From Rotaria socialis (Eukaryota), in NCBI GenBank assembly GCA_905331295.1, contig CAJNYD010000281.1, positions 1-64,000 on the forward strand: a stretch of DNA of 64,000 nucleotides, in the 5' to 3' direction. This document shows, in pieces, positions 50,185 through 61,179 of the stretch (the stretch's first letter is position 1; every line of letters begins with the position of its first letter). The position numbers were made by a program, and so were the translations under genes. The notes under the pieces are model-generated. The model ran no database searches and was not told the origin of the DNA. It saw nothing but the letters and a program-made list of their open reading frames with translations.

Positions 50185-53100
50185 TTTTTTTTAACAATGA
50201 TATAACATTCCACAGAATGTTCATCAGTATATATATATATATATATGTATTATCATGTCATTTTTTCTATTTCTCTCTCTCTCTCTGTGTCTATTTTTTA
50301 GCCAATGAATTAAATATTTTTAAATACTTGATTCAAACCTATTGAGAAAATGACATTAAATCAGCCATTTTCTACTTTCATTATTCTATTTCCATATTGT
50401 ATGTCCCTCAATGTAAATAAAGTCATTTGTCACTAGTCTTCCAACAATATGATTCATTCTGTTTTTCTCGTTGTTCAAATGAAATATTAGTTCAAAAAAA
50501 AAATAATAATAATCTTCATTGTATTCCATACATTTTACAATGATAAAGTTTATATACCACCTATGAGAAAAATCTCAATGTTAAATAAATCATGTCTGAA
50601 TTGAAAATGGAAAGGTTTATTTATTTATTATCACAATATTCATTTAAAATATGTTAGAATAAAATCGAGGTTTTTCTTTTTTTCTACATATCTAGATGAA
50701 TATGAAATGTTAACTGAATACAATGGATGATTTTCAATAATTTCATTCGAATTTAATGATTTTGAAAATATAAATTGTGATAATAGTGCTTTTTTAGTAT
50801 TATTTAAATAAATATTCATTAAAATATAACTTTTCTATTTTCTTCATATGTTTTTGTTTATATCAAATTATATATTTTTACAATCATCTCTCGAATAAAC
50901 ATTTTTAATTTCAGGTTTCAATAAATAATTTCGAATTGATAGTTGGTATGATTTTCATATGCATAATTTTAAATACAAGTAACACCGAATTGATAGTCAA
51001 AAATCAATGATACAATAGGGACCTATTTCGAATTCACTAATCATGTATTGAAAAATGAATTATTTAACATTTTGCAATTGAATTAGTTCTATCTTCATCT
51101 TAATAAATAAGAAACAAACGGAAATAAACACTTGCATTAGTTAATAAATTATTTGAATCTTAAAATATATGACCTGTTGAACCATTTGAATAGCATCAAA
51201 AGATAAATGATCCATCATTCATTCAAATTGTTTATTTATTTTATTTTTTGTTATTGACATATAAAAAGTTACCGTTCATCATATATATATATATATCTAT
51301 ATAATAATATCCACTGATGTATAACTGGTAAAATTAATCAAATGATAATATAGCTTCTTTATTTATTAAATAAAATATCTATGATTCATGATGGAAGTAA
51401 AATAGTATATAAAAACACATAAGATAACAAATATTACAATGAATGTTTTCCATTACTTACTAACTTAAATTTACTAAATAAGAATATATATATATATACA
51501 TATATAGAAACGAAAATGGATCTTTTAATAAAAAAAAAAGAAAGAAAATCACCGATCTCAGGATGAAACATAAGAATATATGTTTCTTGTGGTTAACATC
51601 ATTACATTGCTAGAAGGTATTATTCGAAATATAACCATCTCTATTCAGACAATAACAGTTTATATAAAACAAATGTTTTTTTCTTTGATTCTCATAGAAG
51701 AACATAATCATTCGAAACTTTTTCGAATTATATGATGATGACTTTGTACAATCGGTATATGATTTCGCTTATCTCATGAAACATGCTCATATTATGATCA
51801 AGTCTATAGATTTTTGAATTTACTGTCATTTACGTATTTAATTGTTTTTTATTTATCGACACCGAATAAAAAACAAACATGTCTACAAGTAACAATCTAG
51901 TTTTTTTTTTCATTCATGTCAATATGCAAAAGATATATTTTCAAAGGTATTACTTAATTTAAACAACAATGATGTATCTTGTTTAACATATAAATTCGAA
52001 ATCATTTTTGTACAATATGTTGTTTTCTCTTTAAAATTTATGTTTCATTATATATCTTTGTTATGACTACATTGACACTTAACATAAAGAAAAATTATTT
52101 AATCATTATGAAGAATTATATCATTCAACGAGAAACAATCAGATTAAGCAAATCATATTTTACTTCTAGTTGATTTTAATATGGATGATAAATAGTCACC
52201 ACTACTAATATCTTCATCAACATCATTTAGAATTTAGCAACATCTGATTCGAAACAAACATTCTCTCATGATCGACAATCATTAACTTTGTATATCTGAT
52301 AGATTGATGAAAAATTCGTATAACTTAAACTTGTTTCTCGTCGAGTAAGAATGAAACTAATGTTTTTGTTTTTCTTTAAAACATTTGTTTTTAACAATAT
52401 TCACTTGAAGAAATACAACAATCACATGAAATATTATTAAATTTAATGAAAAAGTAAAATCAATGTGTGTTTCATTTAACATAACGAATTAGGATTCTAA
52501 TCACATCAAACAAAGCAAAAAGAAAATGAATTTAACATAGGTACATTGTCAAAAATATACAACAAGTTTGTGCAACTCTATCAAATAAAGACTTTATAAA
52601 TATAATGAAAGACGTTTTTCTGAACATGTGATGATATTGTTAAGGTAAAATATATATTTTTTCTTTTAACATTATTTTTTTTTGTTTTTTTAGAACACAT
52701 GATTATGAAGCATTACAATCATTCAAAGAAAAACGAAATGATTAAGTCACATGACTATTTTCATTAATCTTATAAGTTGTTCGATAAATGCTCACATTTA
52801 ACATTTAAAATCAATATAAAATAAACAATAATCCATTGTGATTGTTGTACATTTTCTTTTTAGATCATGTGAACAAACCTTTTTTATTTTATTAATCATC
52901 CAAATGATCCAATAGATCGTCTTTTGATGACTTCTTCATTTGTTGTTGTTTTTTTGTTTATCTTTAACTACAAAAAAATAATTAAATTCTTTTCTTTTCA
53001 CATTCTAGTATCTTTTTTGTTTGCTTCCTTGAATTAGTTTTAAACATTAAATAAATAAACAAACAATTTCATGATATAAAAACGAGAGTACTTTTCTACT

Positions 53101-53979
53101 TTACATTGTATGATTATGCATCAACGCTGAACATAATACAATCAATAGAACTGACTTTTATTCAATGTTCAATCAACTATATTGAAAATGGTATCCACAT
53201 GTCATCATCGAAATCATGACCAATCTATGACTATAGTCATATCAACAACTAAATAATTATCTTCAAAAAAAATAAAAAATACATATGAATTATCGTATTT
53301 TCAAATTCAACTAAATCAAATCATCCCTTTTTATTATGTGCATTATTTTCTTTCGCTGAATCTATGAAACTACATCAAAACAAAACGAAATCATTGATCC
53401 TATTTCATATCCACCATTTTCTATTGATTTACCAATCATGTCCTGGATTTTACTACGATTATTTTTTAGGGTCCATTATTTAGCAAATTATTAAAGATCA
53501 CTGAATTTCAACTAATATGGACAAAAATAGTTTCTTTCGATTAAAAAACATCAAAAAAATATTTTAACAGTGGCGCTCTCTTTTTGATGAATCATTTTAT
53601 CCATAGATTACTGTATAACATTTCCACTGATATGGACAAATTCAATCCTCAGAGCACAGAGTTTCCTAACTAACTCGAATATAATTGAACATCTATAATA
53701 AGATGGAATACCAAAATACATTTTTTGTCAAACAATCAAAGATTTTTAACAGTTTCATACTTGAAATTAGCACTCATCCTATTCAAAACATACAAAAATC
53801 TAAAAAAAGACATAACCAAAACATGAATTTATTTCACCATTCATTCCTAAACGATACCAACATGATCAACAACACTTGATTTTCATATCCCTTAATCAAC
53901 ATAGTTCCAAGGCTCAATCGATTTTTAGAAATAAAGGAAAAATTTCATCGAAACAGAGTTTGAAAAATCCGCAATGACA

Positions 53980-54370
53980 AAACTGTTTCAAAACTGGTGA
54001 ATTATATATCAGTCGACGTCATTTTTCATGCTGATCACGAATCTCTCATTGGTTTTTCAATAGCATGTAGTGTCGAAGAGAAATCATCGATTCTCGAGTG
54101 AAAGCTTCGGAAAAAAATGTCGAAAAGAAAATGTGCTCGAATCCTATTGAATTATATATGAGAAGACGTCGTTTCTCATGCTGATCACGAATCTGTCGTT
54201 GGTTTTTCAATTCAATGCAGCATCATACACAAATCATCGATTTTTCAATGAAGATCGCTGAAAAAATTCATCCATCGAAATTCAAGTCCAACCATCATGA
54301 ATACTACATCAGAAGAATCGCTTTTTCGAGCTGATCACGAATCTGTCATTGGTTTTTATGCATCATTAAA
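53980..54370. repeat. 150-bp tandem repeat (3 copies)
   Basis: gctgatcacgaatct.tc.ttggttttt at ~54030, ~54180, ~54330. Confidence 0.8.
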
Positions 54371-55979
54371 TTTGAGAAAAATCATACGTCAATCAGGGTC
54401 CCAATTAGCCGATTTCCATGCCGTAATATCTCCATAACGGCTGTATGGAATCGCGTCATACTTTGGCATCAGGTTCGCAGGTCAGTAAGTGGTCGAAACG
54501 ATCGAAAAACATAAATAAAAGTATTTGGGAAGCTACTTAGTCATGAAATGTGCTACAAGGTGCAAGGTGGCCCATGGTCTGATGGCGTCCGATAGGAATT
54601 TATGAAATAGAAAATGGGTTTTTTTTGTGGATGACAATCGCGGAATCGATTCATTATACTGTTATAAGGTATCTTTGAATAATTTTATTATATATAAATC
54701 AAAACTCATGGAAATAGCTTTGAAATAGTTTAAATTAGTTCGTCATAACAAAAAAGTGGTTGCAACAAGTGAATGTGTTATATCGAAAGCTTCAGAAATA
54801 AATAAGAAACTATCTCATTGAGTTTTTTTCAACAGTTGAAATGCGCAAAGCTATATAATGTCAGAAGTTCAACTTAAGAATAAATTTTGAATTTTCCTAA
54901 TATGTTTATACGTGAATTGGAGATTATTGCGTTATAATTCGGAGAATTATTTAGAGGTTAAAAACGTTGAGATTAAAATGAATAATTAAAGTTCTCGGTT
55001 GTAGAATGCACTATCAAACATGTTGTATGCAAATTCTAAGAGTTTTCAGTTCCTCTAAAATTTCTTAAGTAAGAAATATTAAGTCAAACATCAATCTGAA
55101 GCATGAATTTTACGGTTAGAAAAAGCAATTATACCCGGGACAATTTTTCATGAAGCTCTTTTGAAGATCTCCAAACCCTAAAAACCGTTATGTATTTAAG
55201 TGGCATCTTTAAAACTGATCCTGATTTTAGTCCGCGATTTTTCGATTTCGGAGACGAAGGAAACCATTTAGGTTTCCGAAAAAAAGAACTCGAAAATCGA
55301 AAATAGTATTCTCGGATACCACCTAGGGATTCCACCCATTTGGGAATGGATTCGATTTCTTATTACGTCTGTCAGATACCAACACGGTATCCTCGGATAC
55401 CTTTTCTAATACTCAAGTTTATGTTTCAAGGGCATAGGTTTCCTAGAATATCGTGTGGGTTTCCGAACACAGTACTCAGGTATTCGAGGATACCTTACAC
55501 GCATTGAATTCGGTACTCTTGAAAACCGAGAGGTTCCCAACACGTCGGAAACGATTTAGGTACTGTTGAAAATATTTCAGTATTCCGGAAACCCTTTCGA
55601 AAACCAAAAACGTTTCCGATAGGGTTCGTGAACTGATATCCATTTTTCAGGATACGGAAACTTTTTAGAGTGTATCCAACATCAATTCTTCAACCCAGAA
55701 TCCCAAAGGACTGCATCGGATAATAGGATTTAATCAGGTTCCCATCGAATTCGTTGTCGGATTAATCGAAGTGGGTATGCCTGATCATAACAACTTCAGC
55801 GACTTTGAAAACGCATCGGGCAACGCTTTGAATGCAGACTATACATTTATTTCTTTGAATAGGTTCAACCTTGGGTAATAGACGAAAGTGCTTTTAGTTG
55901 TACGTTTAAAAAATTCGTACAAATGTCAATTAAAAATGTAAAAAAAATAATCGTTTTCACAATGGAACAAAAACATCTG

Positions 55980-56489
55980 TTATTCGTATATCAGTTGCGG
56001 TGCCACATTTTTCGGCAGCATGGCTTGTAAGCTTTCACAAGATTTTGCTCGTAGCCAATCAAGGAAAATATCAGCTGCATACTGTGTATATACTCTGTGT
56101 TCCTCTTCCAATATCATTTCCTTTAAGAAATGATAAGAATAACACACAGTTACCTTACCATTGGCCGCGGTGTTTGTGGCCGCAAGAAGATAAGTCGCAG
56201 TTCCTTCTGTACCAAATGCTTTAAACTCGATTTGTTTGAATTCAGACGCACCGGCTCCGCTAAATTGAATATTCAAGCAAAGCGTTTCAATGAATTCGTC
56301 GATGCCTTCGATTTCCGTTATCTTCAGTACTTTCGGTAATGCCCTTATGTATTTGTCACCATCCGCAGCAGACAGTAAAACTCTTATATTATTTACACTG
56401 CTGTGACTTTTCTGGAGTGACCTTTTTGCCAAATGTTCTTCTACTTTGTTTATATTCACACGCTTCACACGCAGTTGCACGTCACTCAT
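55980..56489 (-). CDS. Hypothetical protein (domain A), 169 aa, intronless
   Basis: Open ORF; similar to the N-terminal half of 57349-58218 (IFLDWLRAKSCESLQAMLP vs SALQWLKERAYEEIHQRLP). Confidence 0.75.
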   Translation of the reverse strand: MSDVQLRVKRVNINKVEEHLAKRSLQKSHSSVNNIRVLLSAADGDKYIRALPKVLKITEIEGIDEFIETLCLNIQFSGAGASEFKQIEFKAFGTEGTATYLLAATNTAANGKVTVCYSYHFLKEMILEEEHRVYTQYAADIFLDWLRAKSCESLQAMLPKNVAPQLIYE

Positions 56490-56713
56490 CTAGAACTAAA
56501 CGAAACGATATTTATTTTAAAATGTCCTCCCTTCAAATGCTAATATGGTGTGCTACTGGAAAAGAAATATTATAAAGCATCTATTCTAGGAATAAAAGGA
56601 ATGAATTTAGAAACAAAATATTAATATTGTCGGCTGTTATATTAATATAACGAAACTAGTTTGAAAAATCTTTACAGACGAGAGAATGCTTTCGTATAAG
56701 TTACTATACTGAG

Positions 56714-57109
56714 TCACTTCATATGTGAACACAGATTGACTTGAAGTGCGGTGATGTACACATGTAACAGTTGGTTTTCCGGTATAAGAATCATTGTTAA
56801 CGTATAGTATGGTCCATCATTAAATACTGCTGTAGCGGTGATTTCTCTCGCACTTCCATCGTGTAGTAAAAAATCTTTTATTTGTTGTAATGCTTCTTCT
56901 GAATTAGTAGCATGCTTACAAAATTTATTGATTTCTCTGATACGACGTAAGAACTCTATCCCATGTACTTTTCTGTTCATAATATGGTAGCGCTCGTCCG
57001 ACAGCTCAGGTAACGATAGTATATTTTTCATCAGTTCTTCAATGTTGTCATCGTTTAAATTATTTTCTACGAATGTTATTGGCTTTCCTGGTTTCTTCGT
57101 GTCACTCAT
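56714..57109 (-). CDS. Hypothetical protein (domain B), ~131 aa from ATG, intronless
   Basis: ATG directly after a tttcag acceptor; similar to the C-terminal half of 57349-58218 (IREINKFCKHATNSEEALQQIK vs IRDIAEFCKHTNDTEGALEQIR). Confidence 0.75.
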   Translation of the reverse strand: MSDTKKPGKPITFVENNLNDDNIEELMKNILSLPELSDERYHIMNRKVHGIEFLRRIREINKFCKHATNSEEALQQIKDFLLHDGSAREITATAVFNDGPYYTLTMILIPENQLLHVYITALQVNLCSHMK

Positions 57110-57348
57110 CTGAAAGAATTCACATAAGACAGTTTTATAAAGAAAATGTTTATATTCTGTTATATATGACTGAAGCAAGTGTCAAAAATGGGAAAGCGTT
57201 TCATGGAAATCATTATAAAGAGTACAATGAAGTATTTTGAAATTGTTACTTTTATTTGCTTCTTACTTCGGTTCGAACATTTAATAGGGATGTTGAAGAA
57301 GTATTTTATCAATGAGTATCGTTTTTTTTCTGGAGCAACTTCTGATAT

Positions 57349-58218
57349 TTACTTTCGCATAGGTGTTAATCGAACATGAATACCGTTGCTACACACATGA
57401 ATCAGATCGTCCTGGGGTATAGCAACTATTGTTAGTGAATACGATGCACCACCTTGATAGAAAATCCAAGCAATGATTTCCACGGGAACTTTAGTTGCCA
57501 TTATATGTTGTCGTATTTGTTCCAATGCGCCTTCTGTGTCGTTCGTGTGCTTGCAAAATTCGGCGATATCTCTTATATCATATAGCGTGAGTCCATTTTT
57601 TGTCATGTTTTTCTGTAAAACACAGTAACGCTCGTTGGCCAGTGTTGGTGATGATTTTATAACACCCATTATTATCGTGACATCTTCCTGTTGCAAACGA
57701 TTATCTTGAAAATCTATGCGATTAGGCTTCCTTTCGACCATGCAATCATCTATTGGCATATTATTATCAACCTCAGGCAACCGCTGGTGTATTTCTTCAT
57801 AAGCTCGCTCCTTTAACCATTGTAAAGCAGACCGTTCATCGGCTGGCTGTATATCTGCCTGCCTCGTGCGTACAGCTGTTCGTGTCAATTTATGATTAGT
57901 ATTCGTGATTTGTATTGATTTTCTGTCCGTTCCGAACTGGATTAAAACTAAGATGCAACAAAGATCTCCTTTTTCATCGATAAATTCGAAGCTGTTTGTT
58001 ATGCTATCATGTAGATTGTCAATTGCTTTGATGTTTTCTTTACTAAATTTAGCACCATCATGAAACGATTCGAGTTTCCAAATTTTACACATGCCACTTA
58101 TGTAAGTTTTAGCTTCGTCTCGTGATTTTAACACCTTGATATTGTTGGTTGTTGTATATTTCCAATTGTCTACCCCTTTAAGATCATTATTAGTATTGTA
58201 CCGTGCAATAGTAGCCAT
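57349..58218 (-). CDS. Hypothetical two-domain (A-B) protein, 289 aa, intronless
   Basis: Long ORF; each half aligns by eye with one of the two downstream genes. Confidence 0.8.
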   Translation of the reverse strand: MATIARYNTNNDLKGVDNWKYTTTNNIKVLKSRDEAKTYISGMCKIWKLESFHDGAKFSKENIKAIDNLHDSITNSFEFIDEKGDLCCILVLIQFGTDRKSIQITNTNHKLTRTAVRTRQADIQPADERSALQWLKERAYEEIHQRLPEVDNNMPIDDCMVERKPNRIDFQDNRLQQEDVTIIMGVIKSSPTLANERYCVLQKNMTKNGLTLYDIRDIAEFCKHTNDTEGALEQIRQHIMATKVPVEIIAWIFYQGGASYSLTIVAIPQDDLIHVCSNGIHVRLTPMRK

Positions 58219-60084
58219 TGGCGATTCACCGTTTGATCTAAAACAGCAATATAATTCTGAGAATCCTGCTTTTTTCCTTCCTGGATTTATTCATCGTCAA
58301 TGATGTTACACATTCAGAGTTTCAGTAATACCCCTATATATATATATATATATATGCAATAATCAATGATGACATCTCCGAAGCGCAAGTGTCATGCCTT
58401 CTGTCGAATATGTGTCGTCATCTCCGAAATCTTGATTATTGGGACATCATTTGATGTCAAGCATACTTTAAAACTTCCAAAGATAAAACATCTGCTACGT
58501 CAATATGTTCAACATCATACTATGTCTGTGGTCCTTTCAATAATATATCCGTAGCGTCACAGCACGCGTATTTTGTTTTTCAACGTTGAGACCACAATAC
58601 AGTTTATTAGAACTGTGCAGTTTCTGGGCAAGGGCCTTTTAAATCTAAAAAATGCAACAATGTAAATGGTGCTTCAAGTCTGAAACGTTGAGATTTAGCT
58701 TATGTGGATGATTTATGACCATGGCTAGAATACATAGCATTATTAAGCGAAGAAATTCAAATAGTTTTGTAAAACAAATCTCTACATTAGTCACCGGTTC
58801 ATTGCCATGAATTTCATGAACAATTAGCGTAAGTGTTTGAAGGAGGGTTTGTTAGAAAAATTCGTTCGTAAGATACCGATAAATGTTTGAGGAAAGAGCC
58901 TGACTGATTAAAAGTTTTTGTTCGAAAATGCATCCACATTACTGGCGTCATCATTGTCTCTCAATTTCACAATATTTCTTTTTCCCTATGCTCGACCGAC
59001 ATTGACTGCTTTCTTTTGATACATCTGTTTTCAGTTACAACTAAACTACGACTCGTTTAAATATATACAAACTTGAAAATAAATTTATTCATAGATGCTT
59101 AACTACCGACCGTGAGGTGGTTCAAGATTATCGAAAGGCAACAGGTGTATAGTACACTTTTATGCAATATATGAGATGAAATCTAAATTTAATGAAAAAA
59201 ACTCTTGCAGTAAACAAACAAACTTAAACGGAGTGGAGAAGGAAAAGGTAGCGTTGATAGTAATACACAAAAGAAGCACAGATTCATATAGAGAATAAGT
59301 AAAAGTATGCCTAACTGCTGACAACAAAAATGATGCGTACGGATGAGTCGTCAGCAACCATAAAAACCGTGGAGGAATACTCCGAGGCTACATCTATCGT
59401 TTAAAACTATCGGCGTCCTGTAGACAGGCAATCTTATTTATTAAAAATGCAGGCAAGCTCACTTGAATAAAGTTAAGAAAGAAAAGTGACTGTTGTCCAG
59501 GAGAATGGCTCCAGTCGCCTGAAACGGCTATAAAACGGTGTATTACGGATCCTCCTTTTACTATAGAAAACGACCATGGTTTCTGTATAGTTTTTAACTC
59601 TGTAATCTCGTATCACGGATAACGGCGCCGTTTTACAATGTTTTTCACCATTAAGGGGATCTTTAAAACCTTTTACGGCGCCGTTGGTGTTGACCTGGGT
59701 GTCTATGATTATGCTACATTGTACTGTGAACGTATTAAATGGGAAAGCGTACGTCTGGGTGAAATTGTGTGATGTTTTCATTGTGACAGTAATAGTAATA
59801 AGCTGGTGATGTCATATGTTAGCGGAGTACAATTCTTTCTGAAATTTGTTTACGAAAGAGACGAATCGTTTCGTTGCAACTAAGATAAATTAATATACAT
59901 TCGGCTATGAGAGTTATCGTACCAAAATAGATAGTCGAGAGACATAGTGGCGTTTTACTAGGTGTCTGTGGACATTTTTTCTTCGTTTGGAAAATTCGAA
60001 TATTTGTCCGACTTGTATGAAGGATCGCTTGAAAACATATTAAAAATAAGCATAGCAGAGTCTATAACATTTTCTTTCTCTAAC

Positions 60085-60310
60085 TAGGGGTGGCACATTA
60101 ACTTTACTTTAACTGTGAAGTTTAAAGTTGTTTAAAGTCGCCTTTTAACGCTATTTTTTAATACTTTTTACTAAACTAAGGTATTTAGTCATGCTTTTTT
60201 GTGAGTATCTGTAACAAATAAGACGTATAAAAGAAGCATTTAAGCGCGACTTCAGAAAAACTTTAAACTCTACACTTTACGATCAATATAAAGTTAAAGT
60301 GCCGCGTCTA
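60085..60310. mobile_element. hAT-type MITE (226 bp)
   Basis: Imperfect TIRs TAGGGGTGGCACATTAACTTTA / TAGACGCGGCACTTTAACTTTA; flanking 8-bp TSD tctctaac / tctcaaac. Confidence 0.75.
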
Positions 60311-61179
60311 TCTCAAACAGAAGGTGTATATTTTAGAAGTATCTATGGAGTGTTCAACGATACCTTAGCAATAAGATTCTATTCTACGTGCTTTATAGTC
60401 TTACCTATTCAACTCGTGTGATCCAGTATTGCCCATTAAAGTGTTGAGGATTCACGTCTAAAAAGAGTTAGTTCGTAGTTCTTTTATTGCATTTCAAATA
60501 CTGTTTTAGTATCGTCTTGGAAGACAAATTAAAGAAACTGCTCAAGATACCAGCAGTGGCACAGTTCCGAGAAAACATCACTTTTCCTACCCAAAGTCCC
60601 GTGAACAAGTGCCGCCCCCAGTAAATTCATATGGTGGAACCTTAGGTAGAGGATGAAGGACTTTTCACAGGAATTTGGGTAAAGTGGACTTTATCTGAAT
60701 CTTTGCCACCCCTCAACATTTCTCCGTTCAATTCAATGTCTCGATGCTTCTCGAAAAAATTATTCGGCAATGATTAGCGATTATATTTATTTGGATAAGA
60801 TAATTATTTTTATGTCCTAATATTTATGATGGAAGGCTCAGTTCATCGCGGTAAAGAGAAAAGCTTAGCGAAAACCACTAGCGAAACTATGCATATGACT
60901 CTGGACGACAACAGATTTGTCAATACAGACGTTTTCTCCTGAAATTATCACAGACATCAGCACAAAAATGCTTCCATCCCGACATACAGATTCTTACATC
61001 TGAACAACGTCTGCTATATTACACTCCTATAGAAAACGCATTATGAAAATTCATAGAGACATACTCACGAACAGCTTTTCAGTGAATTGTAGAAAAAACT
61101 TCAAAAACAAAATCATACTATGCAATCAGAATTGTTTTTATAAAGAACAAAATAAGCATCTTCAGATATATGACGTAAG

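Noticed and set aside
22571..50300. Target-site duplication or 5' pLTR bounding the giant element
   Set aside because: No matching pLTR, hammerhead or telomeric tract was found at 48.5-53 kb, so the 5' boundary remains uncertain.
50300..53450. Possible genes in the very AT-rich stretch
   Set aside because: No convincing ORFs, exon chains or repeats could be supported by eye.
55200..55790. MITE(s) in this GC-richer patch, and similar acggcgccg motifs at ~59520-59700
   Set aside because: Looks like decayed repeat sequence, but TIR pairs and TSDs could not be defined confidently.
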